From NCBI GenBank assembly GCA_028826165.1, contig JAPDFW010000020.1:1-36711 (forward strand): a DNA stretch of 36,711 nucleotides. Reading direction: 5' to 3'. The notes beneath the pieces are model-generated. The model searched no databases, was not told the DNA's origin, and saw only the letters and a program-made list of their open reading frames with translations. The stretch comes from Anaeramoeba ignava BMAN. Lineage: Eukaryota; Protista; Anaeramoebae. Every line of letters begins with the position of its first letter. Positions within the stretch are counted from its first letter, which is position 1. Both the position numbers and the translations under genes were made by a program. Positions 23,230-33,084 of this stretch are shown here, piece after piece.

Positions 23230-26100
23230 AAATAATTAAAATAATTAAATATTTAAATAATTAAATATTTAAATAATTAAATATTTAAATAATTAAATAT
23301 TTAGATAATTAAATATTTAGATAATTAAATATTTAGGAATAATTAAATATTTTGAATAATTAAATATTTTAGAATAATTAAATATTTTAGATAATTAAAT
23401 ATTTTGGAATAATTAAATATTTTGGGTAATTAAATATTTAAATAATTAAATATTTTGGAATAATTAAATATTTGGAATAATTAAATATTTTTGAATAATT
23501 AAATATTTTGAAATAATTAAATATTTTGAATAATTAAATATTTTGGATAATTAAATATTTTAAATAATTAAATATTTTGGAATATTTAAATATTTGGGAT
23601 AATTAAATATTTTGGAATAATTAAAATATTTGGAATAATTAAATATTTGGAATAATTAAATATTTTGAATAATTAAATATTTTGGAATAATTAAATATTT
23701 TGAATAATTAAATATTTTGGATAATTAAATATTTTAGGATAATTAAATATTTTGGAATAATTAAATATTTTTGAATAATTAAATATTTTAGAATAATTAA
23801 ATATTTTTGAATAATTAAATATTTTGGAATAATTAAATATTTTGAAATAATTAAATATTTTGGAATAATTAAATATTTAGGATAATTAAATATTTTGGAA
23901 TAATTAAATATTTTGGAATAATTAAATATTTTAAATAATTAAATATTTAGATAATTAAATAATTAAATATTTAGATAATTAAATATTTTGGAATAATTAA
24001 ATATTTTAGATAATTAAATATTTAAATATTTGGGATAATTAAATATTTTGGAATAATTAAATATTTTGGAATAATTAAATATTTTGGAATAATTAAATAT
24101 TTTAAATAATTAAATATTTGGAATAATTAAATATTTTAGAATAATTAAATATTTTTAAATAATTAAATATTTTGGAATAATTAAATATTTAGAATAATTA
24201 AATATTTTAGATAATTAAATATTTAGATAATTAAATAATTTGGAATAATTAAATATTTTTAGAATAATTAAATATTTTAGATAATTAAATATTTTAGATA
24301 ATTAAATATTTTTAGATAATTAAATATTTTAGATAATTAAATATTTTAGATAATTAAATATTTGGGATAATTAAATATTTGAATAATTAAATATTTGGAA
24401 TAATTAAATATTTAGATAATTAAATATTTTAGATAATTAAATATTTTGAATAATTAAATATTTGGAATAATTAAATATTTAGATAATTAAATATTTAGAT
24501 AATTAAATATTTTGAATAATTAAATATTTTAGAATAATTAAATATTTAGATAATTAAATATTTTAAATAATTAAATATTTAAGAATAATTAAATATTTTT
24601 GGATAATTAAATATTTTGGATAATTAAATAATTAAATATTTGAATAATTAAATATTTTAAATAATTAAATATTTGAATAATTAAATATTTTAAATAATTA
24701 AATATTTTGAATAATTAAATATTTTGGAATAATTAAATATTTTGGATAATTAAATATTTTAGATAATTAAATATTTTTTTAATTAAATATTAATTTGGAA
24801 TAATTAAATATTTTGAATAATTAAATATTTTGAATAATTAAATATTTTGAATAATTAAATATTTTGAATAATTAAATATTTTGAATAATTAAATATTTTG
24901 AATAATTAAATATTTTGATAATTAAATATTTTGGATAATTAAATATTTTAGAATAATTAAATAATTAAATAATTAAATAATTAAATATTTAGGATAATTA
25001 AATATTTTGATAATTAAATATTTAGAATAATTAAATATTTTGGAATAATTAAATATTTAGATAATTAAATATTTGGAATAATTAAATATTTTGGAATAAT
25101 TAAATATTTAGGAATAATTAAATATTTAGGAATAATTAAATATTTTTAGAATAATTAAATATTTTAGAATAATTAAATATTTTAGATAATTAAATATTTT
25201 AGATAATTAAATATTTGGAATAATTAAATATTTTGAATAATTAAATAATTAAATAATTAAATATTTTGGAATAATTAAATATTTTGGAATAATTAAATAT
25301 TTTAAATAATTAAATATTTAAATAATTAAATATTTTAGATAATTAAATATTTTTAAATAATTAAATATTTAAATAATTAAATATTTTGGAATATTAAATA
25401 TTTTGGAATAATTAAATATTTTGGAAATAATTAAATATTTAGAATAATTAAATATTTTTGGAATAATTAAATATTTTGGAATAATTAAATATTTTGGAAT
25501 AATTAAATATTTTTAAATAATTAAATATTTTGGAATAATTAAATATTTGGATAATTAAATATTTTTAGATAATTAAATATTTTAGAATAATTAAATATTT
25601 TGATAATTAATTATTTTTAGATAATTAAATAATTAAATAATTAAATATTTGGAATAATTAAATATTTAGAAATAATTAAATATTTTTGGAATATTAAATA
25701 TTTTGATAATTAAATATTTAGATAATTAAATATTTTTGGAATAATTAAATATTTTGGAATAATTAAATATTTTGGAATATTTTGGAATAATTAAATATTT
25801 TAGATAATTAAATATTTTAGATAATTAAATATTTTAGATAATTAAATATTTTAGATAATTAAATATTTTAGATAATTAAATATTTTGGATAATTAAATAT
25901 TTTGGAATAATTAAATATTTTGGAATAATTAAATATTTTGGAATAATTAAATATTTTGGATAATTAAATATTTTAGAATAATTAAATAATTAAATAATTA
26001 AATAATTAAATATTTTGGATAATTAAATATTTGGAATAATTAAATATTTTGGATAATTAAATAATTAAATATTTTGGATAATTAAATAATTAAATATTTT
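23230..26100. repeat. ~2.9 kb tandem minisatellite, 16-20 bp unit: core ATAATTAAATATTT plus a variable T/G/A linker
   Basis: Roughly 160 copies, estimated from length divided by unit size; variants include TTTTGGAAT, TTTTAGAT, TTTTGAAT and TTTTAAAT; no ORFs. Confidence 0.97.
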
Positions 26101-26193
26101 GTTGTGATTATGTTAAATCTAATTAAATCTAAAAAATAAAAAATAATTTTTTTTTTTTTGCTTTTTCATTTTTTTCATTTTTTTCAAAACAAA

Positions 26194-27276
26194 ATGGAAG
26201 AAAATACACCAATTGTAATAGATAATGGAGCATTCAAAATAAAAGCAGGATTTGCAGGAGATGATGCACCAAGATCAATTTTTAGAACAATAGTATTACC
26301 AGAATACAAATATTCAACACAACCCCAAAATTTCATAGGAGATTCAACATTAAACAAAATGAATCAAAATATATTGGTTAGTCCAATGATTGAAAATGGC
26401 GAAATTTTGGATTGGGATCAAATGCAAGCAATTTGGAACCATATTTTCTCATACGAACTGCGTGTAGATCCAACACAAAGACCAATTTGCATTTCACAAC
26501 AACCTTTTGCTTCTCAAAAACAAAAGCAAAAAATAGCAGAAATTTTTTTTGAAGTTTTCAAAATCCCGGCTATTTCAATCCCCATTGGTTCAGTCTTATC
26601 TATTATGGGAACAGGAAGAACCACTGCTTTAGCTGTTGAGATTGGTCATGACCTGAGTTATTGCTATGCTACTTATGAAGGTTATCATCCTCGAAAATCA
26701 CTTATTCAACTGCCTATTACTGGTTCAATAATAGATCAACTATTAACTGTTCATTTACAAAGAAATGGATTTTATGCGAATTCTTTTGCAGATCAAGAAA
26801 TCATTCGAGAAATCAAAGAAAGTCATTGTTATATTTCTCAAAACTTCACACAAGAATTACGGAATCCAAAACAACACAATTTCAAAACATCAAACAATCA
26901 ACAATTCTCACTTATTTCTGAATTATTTGTTTCAACTGAATCTTTTTTCAATCCAAATTTAGTAAATTTATCAGGTCTTTCTTTCCAACAATTAATCAAC
27001 AAAGCAATCATGAAATGTGGAATGGATGCAAGAAAAGATTTGTTTTCTAATATTGTTTTGATAGGCGGAAGTTCAATGTTTCCAGGTCTTGCTGATCGAC
27101 TTCGTTCTGAAATTGCTCCTCTTGCTCCTCCAAAAGCAACAGTTCAAGTTTCTGCTTCTCCTGAAAGAAAACTTTTGGAATGGATTGGTGGTTCTATTTT
27201 TGCCTCTTTGAGTTTATTTTCCTCCCAAATTCTTACTCGTCAACAATTTGAGGAAAATCCAAATCATAATTTTTGA
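26194..27276 (+). CDS. Divergent actin-like / actin-related protein (intronless)
   Basis: PIVIDNGAFKIKAGFAGDDAPRSIF, IWNHIFSYELRVDP, GRTTAL, YEGY, IIREIKESHCY, RKDLFSNIVLIGGSSMFPG and PERKLLEWIGGSIFASL. The real start is probably AAAATG at 26194 rather than the TTG at 26158. Confidence 0.93.
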   Translation: MEENTPIVIDNGAFKIKAGFAGDDAPRSIFRTIVLPEYKYSTQPQNFIGDSTLNKMNQNILVSPMIENGEILDWDQMQAIWNHIFSYELRVDPTQRPICISQQPFASQKQKQKIAEIFFEVFKIPAISIPIGSVLSIMGTGRTTALAVEIGHDLSYCYATYEGYHPRKSLIQLPITGSIIDQLLTVHLQRNGFYANSFADQEIIREIKESHCYISQNFTQELRNPKQHNFKTSNNQQFSLISELFVSTESFFNPNLVNLSGLSFQQLINKAIMKCGMDARKDLFSNIVLIGGSSMFPGLADRLRSEIAPLAPPKATVQVSASPERKLLEWIGGSIFASLSLFSSQILTRQQFEENPNHNF

Positions 27277-27487
27277 AAATTTTTTTTTTCCCTAATTCTT
27301 CTTTTTTTTAATTTTAATTTTAATTTTAATTTTAATTTTAATTTTAATTTTAATTTTAATTTTAATTTTAATTTTAATTTCCAAACAATTAAACTAATTA
27401 TTTTTAAAATTATTTTTAAAATTATTTTTAAAATTATTTTTTCATTTTTTATTTTCATTTTTTATTATTTTTATTTTTATTATTATT

Positions 27488-28435
27488 ATGACATCAAAAC
27501 AAGATGTTAATTTACTTTTACAACAAGCTCAACAAATGCTTAACAAAAAAAAACCAAGAAAAAGAACAAAAAAATTATTATTTTCAGATCTAAATAAAAA
27601 TGAATTTAAAAATGAAGATCAATTAAAAAATCAAAACCAATTTATTTTTGAAAATAATCCCATTTATAATTTGGATTCAAATTTCAAAACAAACGAAAAA
27701 CAAAATTGGGATGACAATTTTTTAAAAGAAAAAAATGAAAATTTTCAACCAAAAAATGAAACAAATTCCAAAACGATCGAAAAATCATTTCCAAATTTTG
27801 AATTATATCAAACAATTGAAATAGAAAAGCCTCCAATAAAACAAGAGAAGAAATCCACAGAACTAGAAACCACAAACCATCTTGAATGTTCAGTCTGTGG
27901 GAAATCATTATCTAAAGGAGATACATTTTTTCGCGGAGGAGAATTTTTATGCAAAGAACATTTTGATCAACAAACAAAGGATTCAAATCAAGTAATTATT
28001 GATAGTATGAAAAAGAATAAAGAGGATGGAAATATTGGAGGACATATTCTAATTGATAAAGAAACAAATAAAATGTATTCCGATGATAATATATTAAGTA
28101 AAAATTCCAAACCTCAATTGATTTGTGAAGGATGTAAAAGAGTTATTAAGAGTGAATTTATCACAATTGATGATGTACATAATTTCCATCCTCAATGTGT
28201 TATAAGATGTGCTACTTGTAATAGGGTTTTACTTTTGGAAGAAGCTAAATCAAAAGACGGTCAATTTTTTTGTGAAAAACATTTTCTTGAACATTATGAT
28301 AAAATTTGTCCCATTTGTTTAAAGCCTATTCATGGTAGATGTGTTAATGCTTTTGGTTATAATTATCATGTTGAATGTGCGGGTTCTGCTAGAAGATTAT
28401 ATTTGCTTAAAAATAAATGGAAAAATTTAAATTAA
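27488..28435 (+). CDS. LIM-domain zinc-finger protein
   Basis: Full LIM domain CEGC-x17-HPQC-x3-CATC-x17-CEKH, plus the isolated fingers CSVC...CKEH and CPIC...HVEC. Confidence 0.88.
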   Translation: MTSKQDVNLLLQQAQQMLNKKKPRKRTKKLLFSDLNKNEFKNEDQLKNQNQFIFENNPIYNLDSNFKTNEKQNWDDNFLKEKNENFQPKNETNSKTIEKSFPNFELYQTIEIEKPPIKQEKKSTELETTNHLECSVCGKSLSKGDTFFRGGEFLCKEHFDQQTKDSNQVIIDSMKKNKEDGNIGGHILIDKETNKMYSDDNILSKNSKPQLICEGCKRVIKSEFITIDDVHNFHPQCVIRCATCNRVLLLEEAKSKDGQFFCEKHFLEHYDKICPICLKPIHGRCVNAFGYNYHVECAGSARRLYLLKNKWKNLN

Positions 28436-28980
28436 AATCAATTTTATAATTAAAATTAAAATTAAAATCAAAATTAAAATTAAAATTAAAATTAAAATTA
28501 AAATTAAAATTAAAATTAAAATTAAAATTAAAATTAAAATTAAAATTAAAAATCCAAAATTAAATCTAAAATCAAAATTAAAATCAATATTAAAATTAAA
28601 ATTAAAATTAAAATTCCATTTCAAATTCATTTATAAAATTAATATTAAAATTAAAATTAAAATCAAAATTAAAATTAAAATTAAAATTAAAATTAAAATT
28701 AAAATTAAAATTAAAATTAAAATTAAAATCAATATCAAAATTAAAATCCAAAATCAAAATTAAAATCCAAAATTAAAATTAAAATTAAAATTAAAATTAA
28801 AATTAAAATCAAAATTAAAATCAAAATTAAAATCAAAATCAAAATTAAAATCAAAATCAAAATTAAAATTAAAATTAAAATTAAAATTAAAATTAAAATT
28901 AAAATTAAAATTAAAATTAAAATTAAAATTAAATTTAAAATTAAAAGCAAAATTAAAAATCCAAAAATTAAAATTAAAGT
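28430..28980. repeat. Intergenic (TTAAAA/TCAAAA)n microsatellite
   Basis: Directly visible; begins at the LIM gene stop codon. Confidence 0.95.
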
Positions 28981-29075
28981 TCAATAAAAAAAAATTCATA
29001 AGTTTAAAAAAAAAAATGAAAAAATTTTAAAAAAATAAAAAATTCATTTTTTCTTCTTTCTTTCTTTCTTGTAAA

Positions 29076-30993
29076 ATGTCATTATTAAAAGCTAATCAAT
29101 TAAATCAATTAAAAGTAATACTTAAAGAAACAAGTACATTTGAGACAATTCAAAATATATTTGGAAGTAGTTTTCCAAGAAACACACATTTTGCAGTAAG
29201 TTGTTCACTAGGAATGCTTGTGCGAAATGATCTTCTTGAACCACAAGAACAAATAGTTGCAATTTTCTTACTTTGTTATTTATTTTCAATTGAACAACAA
29301 AATCAACAAAATAAAAAAGAAGATCAAATCATTTCTTCTTTTATTGTTCCAATAATTGAATTAGTATCTCGAGTTTCTTCACAAAATCAATCAGAAAGAA
29401 TTCAAGGTTATTTTGCACTTATTTTCCTTGATAATATTAAATCAGATTTTTTGAAAAAAACTTCTCTTCAAATTCTTGATATTTCTGAATCCGATTGGAT
29501 TCTTTTTACTTCCCATTTGAAAAATGAATCTCCTCATGAATTGCTCATTAAAAATACTTTGGATTTGACTAAAAATCATAATATTGGTTTTCCTTCTCAA
29601 TCTCCTTTGATTCCTGATCCTAATCCTGAACCTTCTAATTCTTTATTGTAAATTTAAACTTAAACTTAAATTTATATTTATTTATTATTTATATTTATTT
29701 TTATATTTATTTTTATTAAAAGTACTGATGATGATTTTGATGAAGTTAATAAATTTCATTTTGTTTCTGATGAATTTCAACCTCCTTTTATTCAACCTGC
29801 TCCAGGTTTATTAGGGATTTCTGATTCAGAGGTTATTTTATTAAATAAATAATAAATATTAAATAATAAATATTAAATAATAAATATTAAATAATAAATA
29901 TTAAATAAATATTAAATATTAAATAAATATTAAATATTAAATAAATATTAAATATTAAATAATAAATATTAAATAAATATTAAATATTAAATAAATATTA
30001 AATATTAAATATTAAATAATATTAAATATTAAATATTAAATATTAAATATTAAATATTAAATATTAAATATTAAATATTAAATATTAAATATTAAATATT
30101 AAATAAATATTAAATATTAAATATTAAATATTAAATAATAAATATTAAATAAATATTAAATAAATATTAAATAAATATTAAATAAATATTAAATATTAAA
30201 TAAATATTAAATATTAAATATTAATTAATTAATTAATTAGATTCAATGGATAGATTTTGAAAATGATCATTTCAAATCCATTTTCGATTATTTATTAGAA
30301 GAACAATCTATAGAAACTCAAACTAAAAATTTAATCGAAAAATCATCAAAATTTCCACTTTCAGAAGAAGAAGAAAATGTAATTATTTTTTTATCTCTTT
30401 TTCTTTTAAATTTAAAATTTAAATTTAATTAAATTTTATAATAAATAGTTATTAAAAATTTTACTTCAAGAAGATCCACAACTTTTTGATGGAATAGATT
30501 TTACATCATCATTTCTCTCTCAAATTATTGAATCAAATAAAATGATAGCAATTGAAATCATTAAAAATTTATTTCCAAAACAAACAAAAGATTTGTAAAA
30601 AAAAAAAAGAAAGAAATTAATCCAAAAAAAAATAATAAAAATAAAATAATTTTTTTTTTATTTAGACTTTCAAAATTAGAACAAATTAATCTTTCTCCTC
30701 AATTTTTAGAAGTTATTTCAGAAATTACAAAAAGTTTAAATTTATCTCTAGAATTCATTTCTAAATTCATTTTGAATTCAATCCAAAATTTAAAAAAAAT
30801 TCAAGATCAAAATCAATTCCAAACTTTAATGCATTATTTTTGTGATTTTGTTGATATTCTTTTAAAAGAATCTTCTTTTTCTAAAAAATTCCCACAAAAT
30901 ATAATTGGAGAATTAAAATCATTCTCTTTAGAAAATTCAAATATTAAAAAATCAACTGAATTATTTAAAACATTAAATAATTTTGATAAATAA
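29076..30993 (+). CDS. CNOT11: CCR4-NOT complex subunit 11 (CNOT11/C2orf29-like), divergent; 5 exons
   Basis: N-terminus TFETIQNIFGSSFPRNTHFAVSCSLGMLVRNDLL..QIVAIFLL; linker FQPPFIQPAPGLL..SEIQWID; C-domain EDPQLF..IIESNKMIAIEII..LEVISEIT..LSLEFISKFILNSI..ELKSFSLENSNIKKSTELFK. Frame-consistent introns at 29648-29722, 29832-30240, 30379-30448 and 30595-30665. Confidence 0.78.
29840..30230. repeat. (TAAATAT)n microsatellite filling CNOT11 intron 2
   Basis: Pure A/T heptamer array between GT at 29832 and AG at 30240. Confidence 0.9.
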
Positions 30994-31263
30994 AAAAAAA
31001 AAGGAAAGCAAAAAAAAAATAAGAAAAAAATAATCAAATTGTTAATTGATTAATTGATATTTTTAATTTTATTTTTAAAGAGATCAAATTAAAAGGAAAA
31101 TTTTAAATTAAAATTAAAAAATTTATTTAAAAAATTTAAATTAAAAAATTTATTTAAAATTTGTTCTTTTTTCTTTTTTTCTTTTTTTTTTTAAAACAAT
31201 TTTTTTTTTTTTGGCATTTTTTTTTTCATTTTTCAGTTTATTTTCAATTTATTTTTTATTCAA

Positions 31264-32880
31264 ATGAATGTTCAAATCGATCCAATTTTATTTAAAGCAA
31301 TAAAAATAACACAAAAACAAACACAAACAACTAATCAGAATAATAATAAAAATAACAATAAAAACAATAACAAAAATAAAAATAATAACAAAAATAAGAA
31401 TAAAAACGAAAACGAAAACTATATTTTAAATAATTTTGAAACAAGTCAACAAGAAAAAGAAGAAGAAAAATCAAGTTTGATAAATATTAAGAAATCAAGT
31501 TCAGCAACAATTAAAAAACCAAGTTCAATAACTCCAGAAAAATCAAGTAAAACAAATCAAACAAAAAAAAATAAGTCAAAAAATTCAAAACAAAAATTTG
31601 ATCAAAAAATTCCAATTGATCAAGTTGATGAAATTGAAAAATTTGATGAAATTGAAAAATTTGATGAAAATTTTGATCAAATTGACCTAAAGAGCAAAAC
31701 AAACAAATCCAACGCTAGAAAAGATCGAAAAACAAACAAAAAAACAAACAAAAAAACGAACAAAAAAAAGAAAAACGAAAACGAACCAGAAAAAGAAAAT
31801 AAAAAACGCAAAAAAAAATCCGTTTACGATGGAGCTTTTTGCACTTTCTGCGAATCCAAAGAAACGTCCCAATGGCGAAGAATCCCGAAATGGTACCGTC
31901 AGAATATTTCTGGTAATTGGTTGTGCAACAGTTGCTATTCATATCTTGTTTATCATGGAGAATTACATCATCGGAAAACGAAGCAAATAGCCCCTACAAA
32001 GAAGCAAAACCCGCAGGAAGATAACACTGTGATGGAGGTGGATTCAAACACAAGCACAGACACAGACACACCTCCTCATAGTAATTTAAATTCGGGTGAA
32101 AAAGAAAAACTTGTGGATGAAAATCAAAAAAATTTTAAAGAAAATCAAAAGGAGAATTCAAATTCAATAGAAAACAACCAATTAATTTCCAACGAAGATC
32201 CAGCACTAAGTCCCAACTCAAACGACAAATCAAATATGCAAGAAGATACTGTTTCTGTTTTTACGGAAGAAACCACCATTTTCCGTCAGAAAAACATACC
32301 TAGCTTGTTTGGCAACATGAAGTTTTTTTTGGTTTCCAAATCATTTTCTCAAAATAGCACACAAAAGGAAGTTTTGAAAACACTGAAGAAATCAACAACA
32401 CAACTTATTGAGACTTATGGAGGTGAAATTTGTGGTGCAAGCGAGCTAATAAACGCTCCACAACACGAGGATATTAATGTTATTTCTTTATCCGATTTTC
32501 TTCCCAAAAATCCAGAACAATTAAAATCAAATTTCTCTGTTTTGGTTGCGCTTGCAAAAGGAATTCCCATATTAAAAGGCGCCTGGATTAATCAGTCAAT
32601 CGAAAAAAGATCTGTTTTGCCTAAAAGAGACTTTCTTCTTTCAAAATCAACAAAGCAAATTGCTTATCAAAACAGAGTCTTTTTTGGAAAACAAATTTTT
32701 TTAAAAGGATCTTTTGATTGGAAAAATTTTTGGAGTAAAGTTTTTACTTGTTCTGGTGCTATTATTACTGATAATTATGACCAAACTGATTATTTTTTCT
32801 TGGAATCTCCTAATTTCTCAAATTTTGATTCAAAAGAAAAAATTTTATCTATTGAGAAATTTATTGGTTTTTTGATTTGA
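31264..32880 (+). CDS. GATA-type zinc finger plus C-terminal tandem BRCT-like protein (intronless, 538 aa)
   Basis: CTFC..ETSQWRR..LCNSC GATA-like finger. BRCT1: LFGNMKFFLV..LIETYGGEI..ALAKGIPILKGAWINQSI. BRCT2: VFFGKQIFLKG..FWSKVFTCSGAII. Basic NLS-like KKRKKK just before the finger. Confidence 0.78.
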   Translation: MNVQIDPILFKAIKITQKQTQTTNQNNNKNNNKNNNKNKNNNKNKNKNENENYILNNFETSQQEKEEEKSSLINIKKSSSATIKKPSSITPEKSSKTNQTKKNKSKNSKQKFDQKIPIDQVDEIEKFDEIEKFDENFDQIDLKSKTNKSNARKDRKTNKKTNKKTNKKKKNENEPEKENKKRKKKSVYDGAFCTFCESKETSQWRRIPKWYRQNISGNWLCNSCYSYLVYHGELHHRKTKQIAPTKKQNPQEDNTVMEVDSNTSTDTDTPPHSNLNSGEKEKLVDENQKNFKENQKENSNSIENNQLISNEDPALSPNSNDKSNMQEDTVSVFTEETTIFRQKNIPSLFGNMKFFLVSKSFSQNSTQKEVLKTLKKSTTQLIETYGGEICGASELINAPQHEDINVISLSDFLPKNPEQLKSNFSVLVALAKGIPILKGAWINQSIEKRSVLPKRDFLLSKSTKQIAYQNRVFFGKQIFLKGSFDWKNFWSKVFTCSGAIITDNYDQTDYFFLESPNFSNFDSKEKILSIEKFIGFLI

Positions 32881-33084
32881 AAATTTTTTCGATAAAGAAT
32901 CATTTCAATATAATTTTTAAATTCCAATTTAAATTCCAATTTCCAATTTCCAATTTCCAATTTGGATTTAATTTTATCCGATTTTTATTTTTATTTTTAA
33001 TTTTTTTTTTTTCAATTTTTTTATTTTTCATTTTTTTTTTTTAATTTTTCTTTTTAATTATTTTTTTTTTTTATTATTTTAAAA

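Noticed and set aside
23230-26100. CRISPR-like array
   Set aside because: The variable part is only ~2-6 low-complexity nucleotides, not unique spacers; there are no cas genes and the context is eukaryotic.
23230-26100. Telomeric or interstitial telomeric repeat
   Set aside because: The G-only strand bias is reminiscent, but the units are long, G-poor and internal between two ordinary genes; no TTAGGG-type motif is present.
22083-32880. Functional cluster of nuclear regulators (TADA1, CNOT11, GATA-BRCT)
   Set aside because: The genes belong to different complexes and are interspersed with unrelated genes; there is no evidence beyond adjacency.
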